Origin: Squalus acanthias | Lineage: Eukaryota | Direction: 5' to 3' | Assembly: GCA_030390025.1 (NCBI GenBank) | Contig: CM059433.1 | Location: 24,616,001 to 24,680,000, forward strand | Length of the DNA: 64,000 nucleotides | Part shown: one piece after another, positions 23,701-37,482 of the stretch | How positions within the stretch are numbered: position 1 is the stretch's first letter | Layout of the letters: every line of letters starts with the position of its first letter | The notes under the pieces: model-generated | The model's database searches: none | Seen by the model: only the letters and a program-made list of their open reading frames with translations | What the model was told of the DNA's origin: nothing | Program-made: the position numbers and the translations under genes

Positions 23701-25283
23701 ATGGTATTTGTCCTTTTGTAAATTGTTGTAAGTCTTTTCTTTTGTAAATGTTGTCCCTCTCGGTTATTTCCCTATTCACTGGCCACAAGTGTAATAAAAG
23801 CAGAATGTGCTGGAAACGCACACGAGACTGGTCAACATTTGGGAAGAAGAAAAAAATATTTCAGCTAGGATCTTTCATCAGTGTTAGCAAGTGATCTGCT
23901 CCCACGACCTTTACGTTTTGTTCAGCAAACAGCCACTAGGAGGTGCAAGACAGCAGCCAGGAAAGCCTTGTGCTGTGTTGTGGCTTCTCGCTCTAGGAGC
24001 AGCATTTGCCCAGCTTGCGTCTGGGAATTATAGAAATAAACCAGTGTTCAACATGATGCATTTTACTGGAACTGGGCAATGCCGAAATCCATACGATATT
24101 TTTCTGTGCAGGCACAACTTAATGTCCGACTGGGTGTTATCGTGGCTTTTGCACGCTGTCCTGTCACATTTACCACCTGGGTTTGACTCCAATGATGGGG
24201 CCAAGCTTTCTTTTGTCTCTGACAGCTGTAAGGATCCTAACTTAACTAAGCAGGAACACTCTTAACCTAGCCCGGAGTAGATATCGACACAGAATTTAGC
24301 GCTAAATTGACAATTTCTCCGAGAAAAAGAGAGCAGCTGATGTGGGAATGTAACAGTTCATCCAGGTGCAGCAGGGAGCGCTCTTCCAAGGTTCGGGAGG
24401 AATTAGTTCACAAACATCAGACCGGGGGATAAGAAGAGAAGAGGAGCTCTGCTCAGTATCAAACACTTGTAAAACTAGGCTTTGCATTGCCAGAGCAGAC
24501 AATGAATAGCATAAGTACATCCTTCACTTTTAATACATCCTGCACTTTTAATATAACCACGAATTAAATACACACACAAATTCAAACCTTTATATATACA
24601 CATCAGTAAAAAGTAGTTTCCGTGTCTGTACAAGCTGTGGACTGGAAACGCTCACGATTTTAAACGCCGGATTCGTGAGCTGGTTAAAATCTGGCAATAT
24701 TATAACGCCGACAAAAAAATAACACACACACAGAGGCAGTGGGAGGTCTGTCAAATTGGAGGCAGACGGTGGTAATTGCGGAGCCTTTTCCCAGCAGCCT
24801 GGGCTGATGTGCACACCGAGCGACAGCACGAGCAGCGCTTCGAGCGCCCAACAACACAGCAGCTCCCCAGCTTCATTATTTCCAATCTTCCCCACTCACA
24901 TGGGCCGCTGGGAATGTTGACGTCAGCTGGAAGGAGGGAGTGTGGGTTCCGGTTCAGGAACTGGAAAGAGAGGAAATTGTGAAGGAGACCGCAAAAGAAG
25001 AGAGAGAAAGAGAAGAAAAAAGAAGACATGTAGGACAGGGGGGGAAAAGAAAAAAAAAGACTTGACAGCTTTACCTGATACAAACTTCTTCCAACTGGGC
25101 TACCACGGTTTAAACGGCCAGCAAACAGAAGGAAGCAGAAGAGGAGCAGTGAAGCTAACCTGGGCTTTTACACTTACTTATTTAAATACATCTTTTAAAT
25201 TCATGTACAATTTCTTTCCTTTCCTTTGCTGCGGGTGCCGGCAGAAGGTTGGAGGCGGCCGGGTTCTGGGACGAGAACGTTGA

Positions 25284-25913
<630 letters not shown>

Positions 25914-26934
25914 TAATGTTTTTTCAGACTGAGTTGTATCCTCTGGTAAGGCACTTTCCTTCATGCTAGGTTGCATTTCGATGCTGTGCTAAGGTTCTCC
26001 TGTGCAACAAGTTACTCCGGCAAAATAAATTAAAAAAAGATGAGGGGGGGGGGGAAATAATGGAAATATCAATTAATATTTTACGAGTTTCAACGCTATC
26101 CTCGGTATTTGTCGTCTTAAAAAAAAAACATTGGCTACTCTTTAAGCTGATTTGTGGGTTGGTGGTTTTGGCAGCGGAAATCCTGAAATATCAAAGACCT
26201 GGCCAGGTTCAGCTTTAATTGGCAATAAGAGTGACTTACAAGTTAGCTTTCTCATTGACATTTCTCACTTATATGTTCTATATACGATATATATTGATTT
26301 ATATATTGTTGGTGGGAATCGTGCGTTTTGCACATTGATCCCAGAATGTGAACGTACTGTACACACCTACATTTACACAAGCAGAACCGATTTTGTATTT
26401 AATTATAGAATGGTCACTAGCTATGCTATGATACCAGTCATTTAAGAGGTGTGACTGTTCCAGGAACTAGATGACAACAGACAGACTGCTCCCTCACTTC
26501 TGAGACTGGGGTGTGAAACTATCCTGGCCAATGGGATGAAATCTCTCCACTACCTCCAAAGATTCTACATAAATTTGGTTTTGCCAGTCTCAGCCTTAGT
26601 TCCCAAGACCAGAGCGCAAAGATTTGGCAGCCTTGCTCAGCAGTCACAGGGACGGTTTGTGTGGGAGATAGTGTTTTAAAGCAGTAGGTTTACAATATTA
26701 AAGTACTAGGTCAAGTAGGGGAAGCTTTACTATGCACTTAAACTGCGCTTGATCCTGACGCTGTTTCTTGAAGTAGAAAAAATGTTCAGTATCCCTGTAC
26801 TGATAGCCTTGTGAGAAAATCAATCCTAAATTACATTTATTTACAACAGAGATTGCCGAACAGTATTGAAGTTTTCAGACGGGCTCAGCCTGCCAAATTA
26901 AACCAACCAGTTTGCTTGATTAAATTTGCATTCT

Positions 26935-28375
26935 CGGGAATATAGACCAGTTAGCTCAATGTCGATGATGGGAAAGATATTGGAATCTTTACTCCAAGAT
27001 GTAATTTAATAAAATCTAGCAACCAAAAATATAATAAAAAAAGTCAGCACGGATTTCAAAAGGGAACATCATGTTTGACCAACTTTATTGAATTCTTTGA
27101 AGAAGTAACAAAGTGTAGACCAGGGTAATACAATGGATGTAAATACATGGACTTTCAAAAGGTCTTCCATAAGGTACAGCATGTGGAATCAGGGGACAAG
27201 GAGCAGAATGGATAGCAAACTGGCGACAAAACAGAAAAGAAAGAGTAGGGGGTTAAAGGTAGTTACTCAGACCAGTGGAAGGTGGGAAGTGGTGTTCCAC
27301 AGGGATTGGTGCTGGGACCATTGTTGTTCACCATTTATATAAATGATTTGAGCTTGGGAATCGGAAATTAAATATTGAAATTTGTTGACAGCACCAAATT
27401 GGGGAGTATAGTTAATACTGAGGAAGACTGCGACAAAATACAAGAAGACTTCAACAGACTTGCAGAATGGTCCAATCTGCCATGATCTAATTTAATGGTG
27501 GAACAAGTTTGAGGGGCTGAATGGCCTACTCCTTGTCCTGTGTTCCTGGAATGGGTCTGTAACTGGCAAATGAATTTCAATATAGATAAATGTGAGGTGG
27601 TGCATTTTGGTAGGAGGAATAAGGAGGACACATACTGCTTGGGTAATAAGAGTCTAAATGGGGTAGAGATGCAAAGGGATCTCTGGGTACAGATACACAA
27701 CCTGAATTCCTACTTTTAGTGATTTAAGAAAGCCATAAAAAGTGCAAATAACACGGGTTCATTTCTAGAGGAATAGAATGCAAAAGCAGTGAAGTTCTGT
27801 TAAACTTGTGTCGAACCTTGGTTAGACCACACTTGGAGTACTGTGCACAGTTCTGGTCTCTTGCAGAAAGGATATAAAAGCACTGGAAAAAAAATGCCAC
27901 AAAAGATTTACTAAGGTGATACCAGAACTGAGAAGGTAGCACTATTGAGAAAGGCTGAACAGGCTGAGACTTTTTTTTTCTCTAGAAAAGAGAAGACTGA
28001 GAGTTGATCTGATAGCGGTCTTTAAAAATCTGAACAGTTTTGATAGGGTAGATGTAGAGAAGATCTTTCAACTTGAGGTAGCGTCCAAAACTAGGGGCCA
28101 TAAATATGAGCTAGTCACTATTAAATCCAATAAGGAATTCAGGAGAAATTTATTTCACCAAAAGTGGTAAGCATGTGGAACACACTACCACACGCAGTGG
28201 TGGAGGCGGTAGCATAGATACATTTAAGGGGAAGCTGAGTAAGTACATGAGGGAGAAAGGAATAGAAGGATGTGTTGATGGGGGTGTGATGAGGTAAGGT
28301 GGGAGGAGGCTCGTGTGGACCATAGACCTATTGGGCTGAATGGCCTGTTTCTGTGCTATATAATTCTATGTACTC
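26935..28375 (+). mobile_element. Degenerate CR1
   Basis: Recognisable RT and 3' UTR nucleotide motifs with many frameshifts. Confidence 0.85.
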
Positions 28376-28930
28376 CTATATAATTGTACATCATTGATTT
28401 TTACGTTGCAGTTTTTACTTTTAAAGCAAGATTGCAGGTGTATTTGTCAATTTGTAATAGTTATATTGGATCTCCGTAGTGATTACTTTAGCTGTCGTTT
28501 GTTTTTTGAAACAAGGATATAGTGCTTTGTTGCTCATATTGTATCATTGGATGCTTCTCTAACTCCGTACCACTGGTTGCGACTGTGGAAATCTCCCTCG
28601 GGAATATGAGGCATTAAATTTACTTGGCGGTTTTTGCATCAAATGCTTCTATGATCATCTGGATAATGTTGCTGGTATGAATATTTAGCTCAATGACTCG
28701 AAATGAAAGCAAATTTGATGTGTTGAAGTCTTTAATTCACTACTGTAGTGATAACTTTAAAAAATGAAGCACAATCAAAGCATTTGTTTCGGCAAGTTTT
28801 AAAGTGATGTGTAATTAAGATTCATTTAATTTTCTTTGTGTATATATGAAGTGATTAAGTTGCAGGACTGAAACATCTCCAGGCTATTGAAAGAGGAAGC
28901 TCAGTGCATAAATGTAAAACTGAAGTAAAA

Positions 28931-28936
<6 letters not shown>

Positions 28937-28972
<36 letters not shown>
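28937..28972 (+). repeat. (CT)18 microsatellite
   Basis: Read directly from the sequence. Confidence 0.97.
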
Positions 28973-28974
<2 letters not shown>

Positions 28975-30339
28975 TCTCAGATTTAGTGGATTCGCCAGTA
29001 AACCACCAAGCTGTAAAAAATTGTACTTAATATGATACAATTATTAAAATGGTGACCTGAATATTCATCATTTCTCACTAATGTGGAGTAATCAGGATTA
29101 AGTTATTAAAATGCATACCAGTTTAGTTTGTTTGTATACCCCTAACAATACAATTGAAAGAGATACATAACTGTAACTGAGTTTGTACAATACTGTATAT
29201 ATAGACTCGTTATCTGAGCCCAAGTTATATTAATAAGTGGGCCTTTGTATAAATACCAGAAAAATGGCTTGAACTTATCTGAAATCACTTGAGCCTTTTT
29301 AAAAAAAAAAAAAATCTAAATTGTGGAGGAGTGAGCCGCCTTGTTCAGTTTTGGCTGTAGGGTTGAAGGAATAAACTGGGCTTTTGTCTTTGCTAGATTC
29401 AGGTATGACCGCTAAGATCAGTTGACTCATAAATAAAATGCCTATTTTAAACCCCCTCCCCGCTAAAGCTCTGGAAGTGGAGTGCTATTGTGACACATTC
29501 CATATAGCGGCTGTAATCAGTAAAAGTTTCCTGTAAATGTCACTCGAGGCTGGATTATTGAATGGAAGTCCAGTATTCTGTTTTCACTCTTCAAATTTTC
29601 CTATACCCCAGTAGTAATGATTCCTATATGCTAAGAATGTCTTACGATTGTGCACAAAGGAAATGTCCTATGCTGATGGTGTACTGTGAAGGTAAAGGGA
29701 TACTTTTAATCTTTCCAATTTCATCTGAGGCAAGAACTACATCTATGAATCTAAAACTTTAGTGTTCTTGAGCTATATCTGCCCATTATAAGAAATCATT
29801 ATTCACCTATTTAAAAGTCAGACTTGCACTGAGGAAGGAACGAAACTATGGGGAAAAATTGGACACAGTATTTGGTCCCATCAAATGCTGTGTCCAATTT
29901 CTCCCACAGTTTTCTTTCCTTTTCTTCCTTCCCTTCTGAAGGTGATAACTTGTGAGGTACGATTTCATGAATGCTGACATCCCACTGGTATCATTCTTCC
30001 CATGTCAGTCTAGACAGTGAGTGTCATGTGGCTCGGTGTCAAAATTAGTTTGATAATGCTCCTGTGAAGTGCCTTGGGTCATTTTACTACGTTAAAGGTG
30101 CTATATAAATGCAAGTTGTTGTCGTTGTCAGCAGGTTATTTGACTGTGACGGGTATGACAATTGAGCTCAGTTATGTCGTCAGCTGATGATCACACACAC
30201 AGTGGGTTAACAGGAGAGTGACCAGCAGTGGAGACCCTGGCTGATTTCGTTTTCCTTTTTCTGCTTCATCCATAACCAAGAGACGCCAAAACCAATGGTG
30301 GTGATCTAGTTGGCTCAGATTAGTCAATTTAACACAGAT

Positions 30340-32872
30340 CAAGATAAGAGGGGCAAAGAGACAGCACGAGAACAGATTGGCGGCTAACATAAAAGGGAAT
30401 CCAGAGGTCTTCTATCGGCATATTAACAGTAAAAGGTTTGTCAGAGGAACGGTGGGGTCGGTTAGTGACCAAAATGGAGATCTATTGGTGGAGGCAGAAG
30501 GCATGGCTGAGGTACTAAAATGAGTACTTTGCATCAGTGTTTACCATGAAGGAGATACTGCCAAAGCTATGGTAAACAAGGAGGTTGTTGGGATACTGGA
30601 TGAGATAACAATAGATAAAGAGGAGATACTAATAAGATTGGAAGTACTTAAAGTGGATAAGTCACCCCGTCTGGATGGGATGCATCCGAGATTGCTGAGG
30701 GAAGTAAGGTGGAAATTGCGGAGGTGCTGGCCACAATCTTCCAATCCTCCTTAGATACAGGGCTGGTGCCAGAGGACTGGAGGATTGCAAATTTTACACC
30801 CATGTTCAAAAAAGGGGAGCAGGATAAACCTGGCAATTACACGCCAGTCAGTTTAACGTTGGTGGTGGGGCAGCTTTTAGAAACAATAATCCAGAGAAAA
30901 TTACCAGCCACTTGGACAAGCATGGACTAATAAAGGAGAGCCAGCATTGATTTGTTAAGGGCAAATCCTGTTTGACTGACCTTGAGTTTTTTGATGAGGT
31001 AATAGAGAGGGTGGATGAGGGCAGTGCAGTTGATGTTGGGTTAGGGACTTTCAAAAGGCGTTTGATAAAGTACCATGTATTAAGCTTGTTAGCAAAATTG
31101 AAACCCATAGGTTAAAGGGGGCAGCAGCACCGTGGATACAAAATTGGCAAAGGGATAGAAAACAGAGAGTTGTGGTGACTGGCTGTTTTTCAGACTGGAG
31201 GGATGTATACAGTGGAGTTCCCCATGGTTCAGTACCAGGACCACTGCTGTTTTTGATGTACATTAATGGCCTGTCACAATTTTGAAATTTGCAGATGACA
31301 CAAAACCTGGAAGTGTAGTAAACAGTGAGGAAGATAGTAATAGACTTAAAGAGGACATAGACAGGCTGGTGGAATAGGCGGACACATGGCAGATGAAATT
31401 CAACACAGAAAAGTGTGAGGGGATGCATTTTTGGTAGGAAGAATGTGGAGAGACAATACATGGTAAATGGTACAATTTTAAAGGGGGTGCAAGAACAGAA
31501 AGACCTGGGGGTGTTTGTGCACAAATCTTTGAAGGTGGCAGGACAGGTTAACAAAGCTGTTAATAAAGCATATGGGATCCTGGGCTTTATAAATAGAGGC
31601 ATAGAGTAGAAAAGCCAGGAAGTTATCCTAACCCTGTATAAAATACTAGTTCGGCCCCAGCTGGAGTATTGTGTCCAATTCTGGGCACCACACTTTAGGA
31701 AGGACATGAAGGCTTTGGAGAGGGTACAGAAGAGGTTTACCAGAATGGTTCCAGGGATGAGGGATTACAGTTAAGTGGATAGACTGGAGAAGCTGGGGTT
31801 GTTCTCCTTGGAGCAGAGAAGGCTAAGAGGAGATTTGATAGAGGTGTTTAAAATCATGAAGGGTTCAGATAGAGTAAATAAAGAGAAACCATTTCCAATG
31901 GCTGTAGGGTCGGTAACCAGAGGGCAGAGATTTAAGGTGATTGGCAAAAGAACCAGAGGTGACATGAGGAAAAACTTTTTTATGCAACAAGTGGTGAGGA
32001 TTTGAAATGCACTGCCTGATAGGGTGGTGGAAGCAGATTCAGTAGTAACCTTCAAAAGGAAATTGGATAAACACTTAGAGCAAAGATTGCAGGGATATGG
32101 GGAAAGAGTGGCGGGGGAGCGGGCCTAACTGGATTGCTCTTCGAAAGAACCAGCGCAGACTCGATGGGCTAAATGGTACAGCAAGTAATTAGGAAGGCAA
32201 ATGGAATGTTGGCCTTTATTGCAAGGGGGATGGTGTATAAAAGTAGGGAAGTCTTACTACAGCTTTACAGGACGTTGGTGAGACCGCACCTTGAGTACTG
32301 CGTACAGTTTTGGTTTCCTTATTTAAGGAGGGATATACTTACATTGGAGGCAGTTCAGAGAAGGTTCACTAGGTTAATTCCTGAGATGAAGGGGTTGTCT
32401 TACAAAGAAAGGTTGAGCAGGTTGGAGTATGAGAGGTGATCTTATTAAAACGTATAAGATTCTGAGGGGGCTTGACAGATGGGGGTAGATGCAGAGAGGA
32501 TGTTTCCCCTCGTGGGGGAATCTAGAACTAGGGGGCATAGTTTCAGAATAAGGGGTCGCCCATTTAAAACGGAGATGAGGAATTTCTTCTTTCAGAGGGT
32601 CGTGAATCTTTGGAATTCTCTTTCCCAGAGAGCTGTGGAGGCTGGGTCATTGAATATATTTAAGGTGGAGATAGACAGATTTTTGAACAATAAGGGAGTC
32701 GAGGGTTATGGGGAGCGGGCAGGAAAGCGGAGTTGAGGCCAAGATCAGATCAGCCATGATATCGAATGGCAGAGCAGGCTCGAGGGGCCAAATGGCCTAC
32801 TCCTGCTCTTATTTCTCATGTTCTTATGTAAGTGGCCTCCTTCTGTGCTGTACTATTCTATGATTTTATGAT
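30340..32872 (+). mobile_element. CR1 with a second CR1 3' fragment (about 32172-32830) nested in its 3' UTR
   Basis: ORF2 fragments. The outer 3' UTR 'gatgggctaaatgg...tggcctccttctgtgctg' is split by an element with its own TTCTTATG tail. Confidence 0.87.
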
Positions 32873-34980
32873 CAGAGGTTAAAGCTGGCAGCCTCTGGGT
32901 CTGCATGACTCAGTAGCGCACCAGAGTGTAGAGGAGTTCTAATTCCAGTTTCTAAGCTTTCTAATCGTGATTTCTTTTCACCAACCTTGCAACAATCCAG
33001 GTTTTAATGGTACATCTAGTCGTAGTTGTGCATTTTTGCAAACGTAACTATGTTTTGACTTGAAATTCGTGACTTCACATGATGCTTGTGACAGCATTGC
33101 ATAGAGTACCTTTGGCACTTTTATCACTTGGGGTCAAACTGTATCCAATGCATTCCAAATAAAATGCAATTTTGTTGATGAATTAATGATGCCTGTTTGT
33201 TCTCACCAAGTGGTAGCTTGTTCCATTGTCAGTGAATGAGCTGAGTGAGCAGTCGAGGAGCTGTGTAAAGGGTGACTGGTTTGCAGAAGCACTTTATTTG
33301 TTATGGGTTTACAGTACGAGTCCCAATATAAAGTCATTATACTCTTTCTAATTTTTCTGCAATTGTTTCACACGTGAAGCAGAAAACAGTCAAATACAAA
33401 AGGGAACGTTATTATCATATTTCTTTGGTGTTAAACATGTCCACCACTTGACCAGAAGAGTTGCTGTCATGGAAATTGAAATTCAGCACTTGTTAGACCA
33501 GTTATTGTGAAGACTTTCTTGCGTAGCCCCTTGTAAAATTCAGTGTGTTCAAGTGTGTGTGCTTTGCGTTCAACCGTTCAGTTGGGGTAGTCTTAACCTG
33601 AATGTAATTTCTGTGGAACTGAATAAATAAATTCAGACTTTGTTTTGATTAACTAAGATAGGTGACCGTAATCAATCCATAAATAAAAATGGCAGGTAGT
33701 CCAATCCAAACTGAATTGTTTTGAATTTAGAAGTTAATTTTTTAAAGCGTGCTCCTGAATTGTGCAATCGTTTATTTTAAGAAAATGTAAAGTTTTAATT
33801 CTAATTTTCCCAGTTTGTTAACCCTTTTAAGAGTAATGTTTTACACCAAAATTTAAATTAGGTTTTGCATGGGTCTCCTCGTGGCTCAGTGGATAGATGG
33901 TGTGATGTGGTACTGCACTGTATAGACCAAGAGTATGAATTCAGTAATGAGCTCGCTGGAGTGACTTTGGAGGTACTTCAGTGTCCCTGACCCAAGGAGG
34001 GGTGGAGTGGATCAAGGCAATCATTCAGGATTCCTGCTCTTGACTGCTGACCACTGACCCCATTCTGGAACTGCAGTATGTGTATAATGAGTGACCACAT
34101 GAGCAGGTTTGGATGTCCTTGCCCCTGCTAACATTCACTATCTATGTTGATACAAGGCAGGGTCACTTGAGCACCAGGGCTACTGGTGGCTGTGGCACTG
34201 TATCCTGGTGTGTCACCTGGCACGTCCTGTGCTTCACAAGACTTCATCGCTTGCTCTGCTTTCAAGCCCCGGTCACTGGAGCACTGCAGTAGCCACCAAG
34301 AGGCGCACAATAAAGCTTCGGATTGATTTCTGCGCTTCCCTCGGCAATAACTAACATTTAAAAAAAGACACTCATTTACATATTGATGCAGTTACACTAC
34401 GTTTTATTTACGCAGTATTTGTAGTGTCATGCATTGTCACAGTAATCTGTCAACGTAACTGAATATTGGGATACTAGTGTTCGATGCTTCAGGATCAGTT
34501 TTGGCCGAGAGGGTTGGGGTGGCGGAAGAGGTAGCTGGGTGGGGGTACACAAGGATGATCATACTACGTCTGAAGATTTCATTGGGTTGAGTTGCTATTC
34601 TTGTGTTGGTGCATTCCCATCTTCTCTTTTTTGTATAAGCTTGGCAGGTGCTCCCTCTGTAGGGGGATCTTGTGGAGCTGTTTTATAGGCCTCCAGCTTG
34701 AGGAGGGAGAAGAAGCTGCAGCTTAAACATCCTGTGTATTCAGAGGTCCCTCTAATTTAGTGAATTTATCCTCCAATCAGATAGCCTCTATAAAAAGATG
34801 AATGCTTAGTGTATTTTCTAAATTAAAACATTTCGGACTCAAAGGGTCGATAAAATGTTTCAAGTAATACCCACGGTGTGGTTCTCCTACACTCCAGTGC
34901 TGTGACATGGTGTTGACGTGTACACTCGGTTTTAGTGAACTTAATAGTTGAGGAAACAAGATGTCTTTGCATTAATACGA

Positions 34981-35190
34981 TAGCAAAATACTGCGGATGC
35001 TGGAAATCCGAAATAACAACAGAAAACGCTGGAGAAACTCAGCAGGCCAGGCAGCATCCGTGGAGAGAGAAACAGAGTTAACGTTTCAGGTCGAAGACCT
35101 TTCGTCAGAACTGGAAAAAAGCAGGAAATGAAATAGATTTAAAGCAAGGATAAAGCTGGGAAAAGGGGGAGGGGATGAAAGAACAAAAGG
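34981..35190 (-). mobile_element. Penelope family-A terminal repeat fragment
   Basis: Reverse complement of 13720-13930 and 23570-23700. Confidence 0.82.
35076..35112 (-). ncRNA. Minimal hammerhead ribozyme motif (family A)
   Basis: Minus strand: AGTT CTGACGA A AGGTC TTC GACCT GAAA CGTT AACT. Confidence 0.75.
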
Positions 35191-37482
35191 AGAGATTAAG
35201 AGACATTGAGAGACATTAAGAGACTTTTGCATTAAGCTGGGAATGGTATTTTGGATTTGTTTGAGGAGCTGGCATATTTGGGACAAAACAAACTGAAGCA
35301 ATTGTGCAGTCTCTCTTTTTCTCTCCAGTTATTTCTCTCTCCGCAAGCCATATATGTACTTGAACCCCATTTGTAGTAGGAAATGGCGGGGGTGGGGGGC
35401 GGGTGTTGGCAGTCAACTAAAAGAATAGGCTGATTCATCTCCTGGTTTTGCTTCTATAAATATGGTGAGTAAATGAGCTAAACATAATCAAACTTGTTGG
35501 GGGATGTTGATAAGTCAGTGGTAGCAGTATTAAAATCAACTTCACTTTTCTGCCATTGTAGTAGACAAAAAAAAGCGTCTGCTCAGCAGACTCCCAGTGC
35601 CATCCTCACCGATGATGCACTGGCTTTATGAACTTGGCTGACTGTGCCTGCTCCAGTTCTGAGTGCAAAATTACCCTTTTTGAAAAGCAAGTGCATCTCT
35701 GCAAACCAACAGCCTGTTTGCACTGGTAGGCTTGTACTGAAGTTTTAAACGTTTTCAAAAGTAGGACCATTTTTCAGCAATATAAGGTGGAGTCTTGATG
35801 CAGCTCGGTCTCCTGAAACGCACATTTAATTTATGGGAGGGAGAGCAGCTGGATGGGCTTGAGGTAGCTTGGGAAGTAACCAGTTGACGCTGGCCATGTC
35901 TCTCTTTTTTTGCCTGTCTTGGGCAACCTTCTCTCACAATGATGCTGAGACCACCCCACAGGAGGGAACAACTGCAAATGCGCAAAGCCACTTTTCAGCA
36001 TGGCTCTGCAGGAAAAATGAACTGAGATTCCACGTTTCATCTGAGCTGTTAGTAAATGGATGACTTCTGAATATCCTGTAGTTGCCACGTCTACAAAATT
36101 GGGAAGTACAAAGTACTAAGCTTCATTTACATCACATTGTTTTATACATGAAGTTGCCATCAGAAACTCTGTCTGTTGTTTTCGTAAGTTTAAATGCGGA
36201 GCTAAACCTTGGCTTGGAGAGAAAGGGCTTTTAGAACCTCCATCAGGCTGTGCCCGGTAGAGTTTTTCGAAGTGTGTGTCTCTCCATTCAGCATCCACAA
36301 GGGTTAAATTCATAAGACGTGTCTCTGCTTCCAGCTGGGCCCAGTATCCCACCTAATAAAAACCAAAGAAAAATTAGAAGTATTATTATGCTCAGGTACG
36401 TTTAAGTTGTAGACGTTTTGCTTGTTTTAAAAAAACATTAAAAAATAAATAATTTCTTGTATTCTATTCTGGTTTCTCGCCTGTGGAACGTAGCCTGACG
36501 CAGTGTTTGTCTGATGACCTAAATCTCCGCATCTGCCACTGCTACTGGCTGGCCATCTGGTGGGAGTGCTTCAGTGTGGCTCAAAGTGGAACCCTGTGGC
36601 GCTCTCCTGGCACCAAGGCAAAATGCCTCTGTGGTAAGCCTGATGACCCATTTGGGATTATTCACTCACCATCTGGGTTTCATTGGAAGCTGGGATTTAA
36701 ACCCACATTTCCTTGTTTGTGGCTGCTTCACTGCACCCATATGCTGTGTGATTTTAATTGTTCACTTGTTTGCCCTGATCAGATGAGCCCAGTGAACTGT
36801 TTGAATTAGAGTACTTGTGTTTTTTTTAATGCGGCATTAATGCTTGCGCCAAAACCATGGTCCGCTAATTGGTAAGTCTGATGAGGACAACATGTACTTT
36901 GCAAACAGAGAGCAATTAGTTTTGGTATTTTAAATGAGGAAACTTTATCTTACAAAATACTTACAATCCAGAGGAAATGTGGGATCTTATTTACTTGGAT
37001 GTACAGTATGTGCTTCCAGATAGTGTTCAGTATTTGTGAGCTTTTGGATTCTGTTTTAATTTTAAAAGTACTGATGATTAAAACCCCTTAAGGCTGCTAC
37101 TTTTAGTTCCAGAAACTTGTAATGCAGTACATTTGAAATTGTAATGGACTGAAGCAGGCTCAGGGGTTTACAGGCTTGGCAGTTTAGACAGATATTTAAG
37201 TGGACTGGCAATGGCCGCCTCTTCCCCGCTGATTGTTTACTCTGTTGACTGAGCTTGACTCCTGTAGCAATGGTGTCACTTTACAGACTGATCCCTTAAA
37301 ACTAAGAGCCATGTTCATACTGTACACCTGCTGCTGGGAAGGATGGTAGGGAGAAGTGTGTGTGTGTGTCCCCAGTAGATGAAGAGATGGGATCTGTGCC
37401 CCATTGCTTGCGTGCTGCTAAGTGGTTGTGCCACGGAATGGGATCACAACATTTTGAGCCACACAATACTGTCTAGCCTAAT

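Noticed and set aside
23932..23947. CTCF-like site GCCACTAGGAGGTGC upstream of LRRC1
   Set aside because: A single imperfect motif cannot be supported without ChIP or conservation data.
3570..24600. Exons of a neighbouring host gene upstream of LRRC1
   Set aside because: I found no recognisable non-TE coding sequence; small or non-coding exons cannot be excluded by eye.
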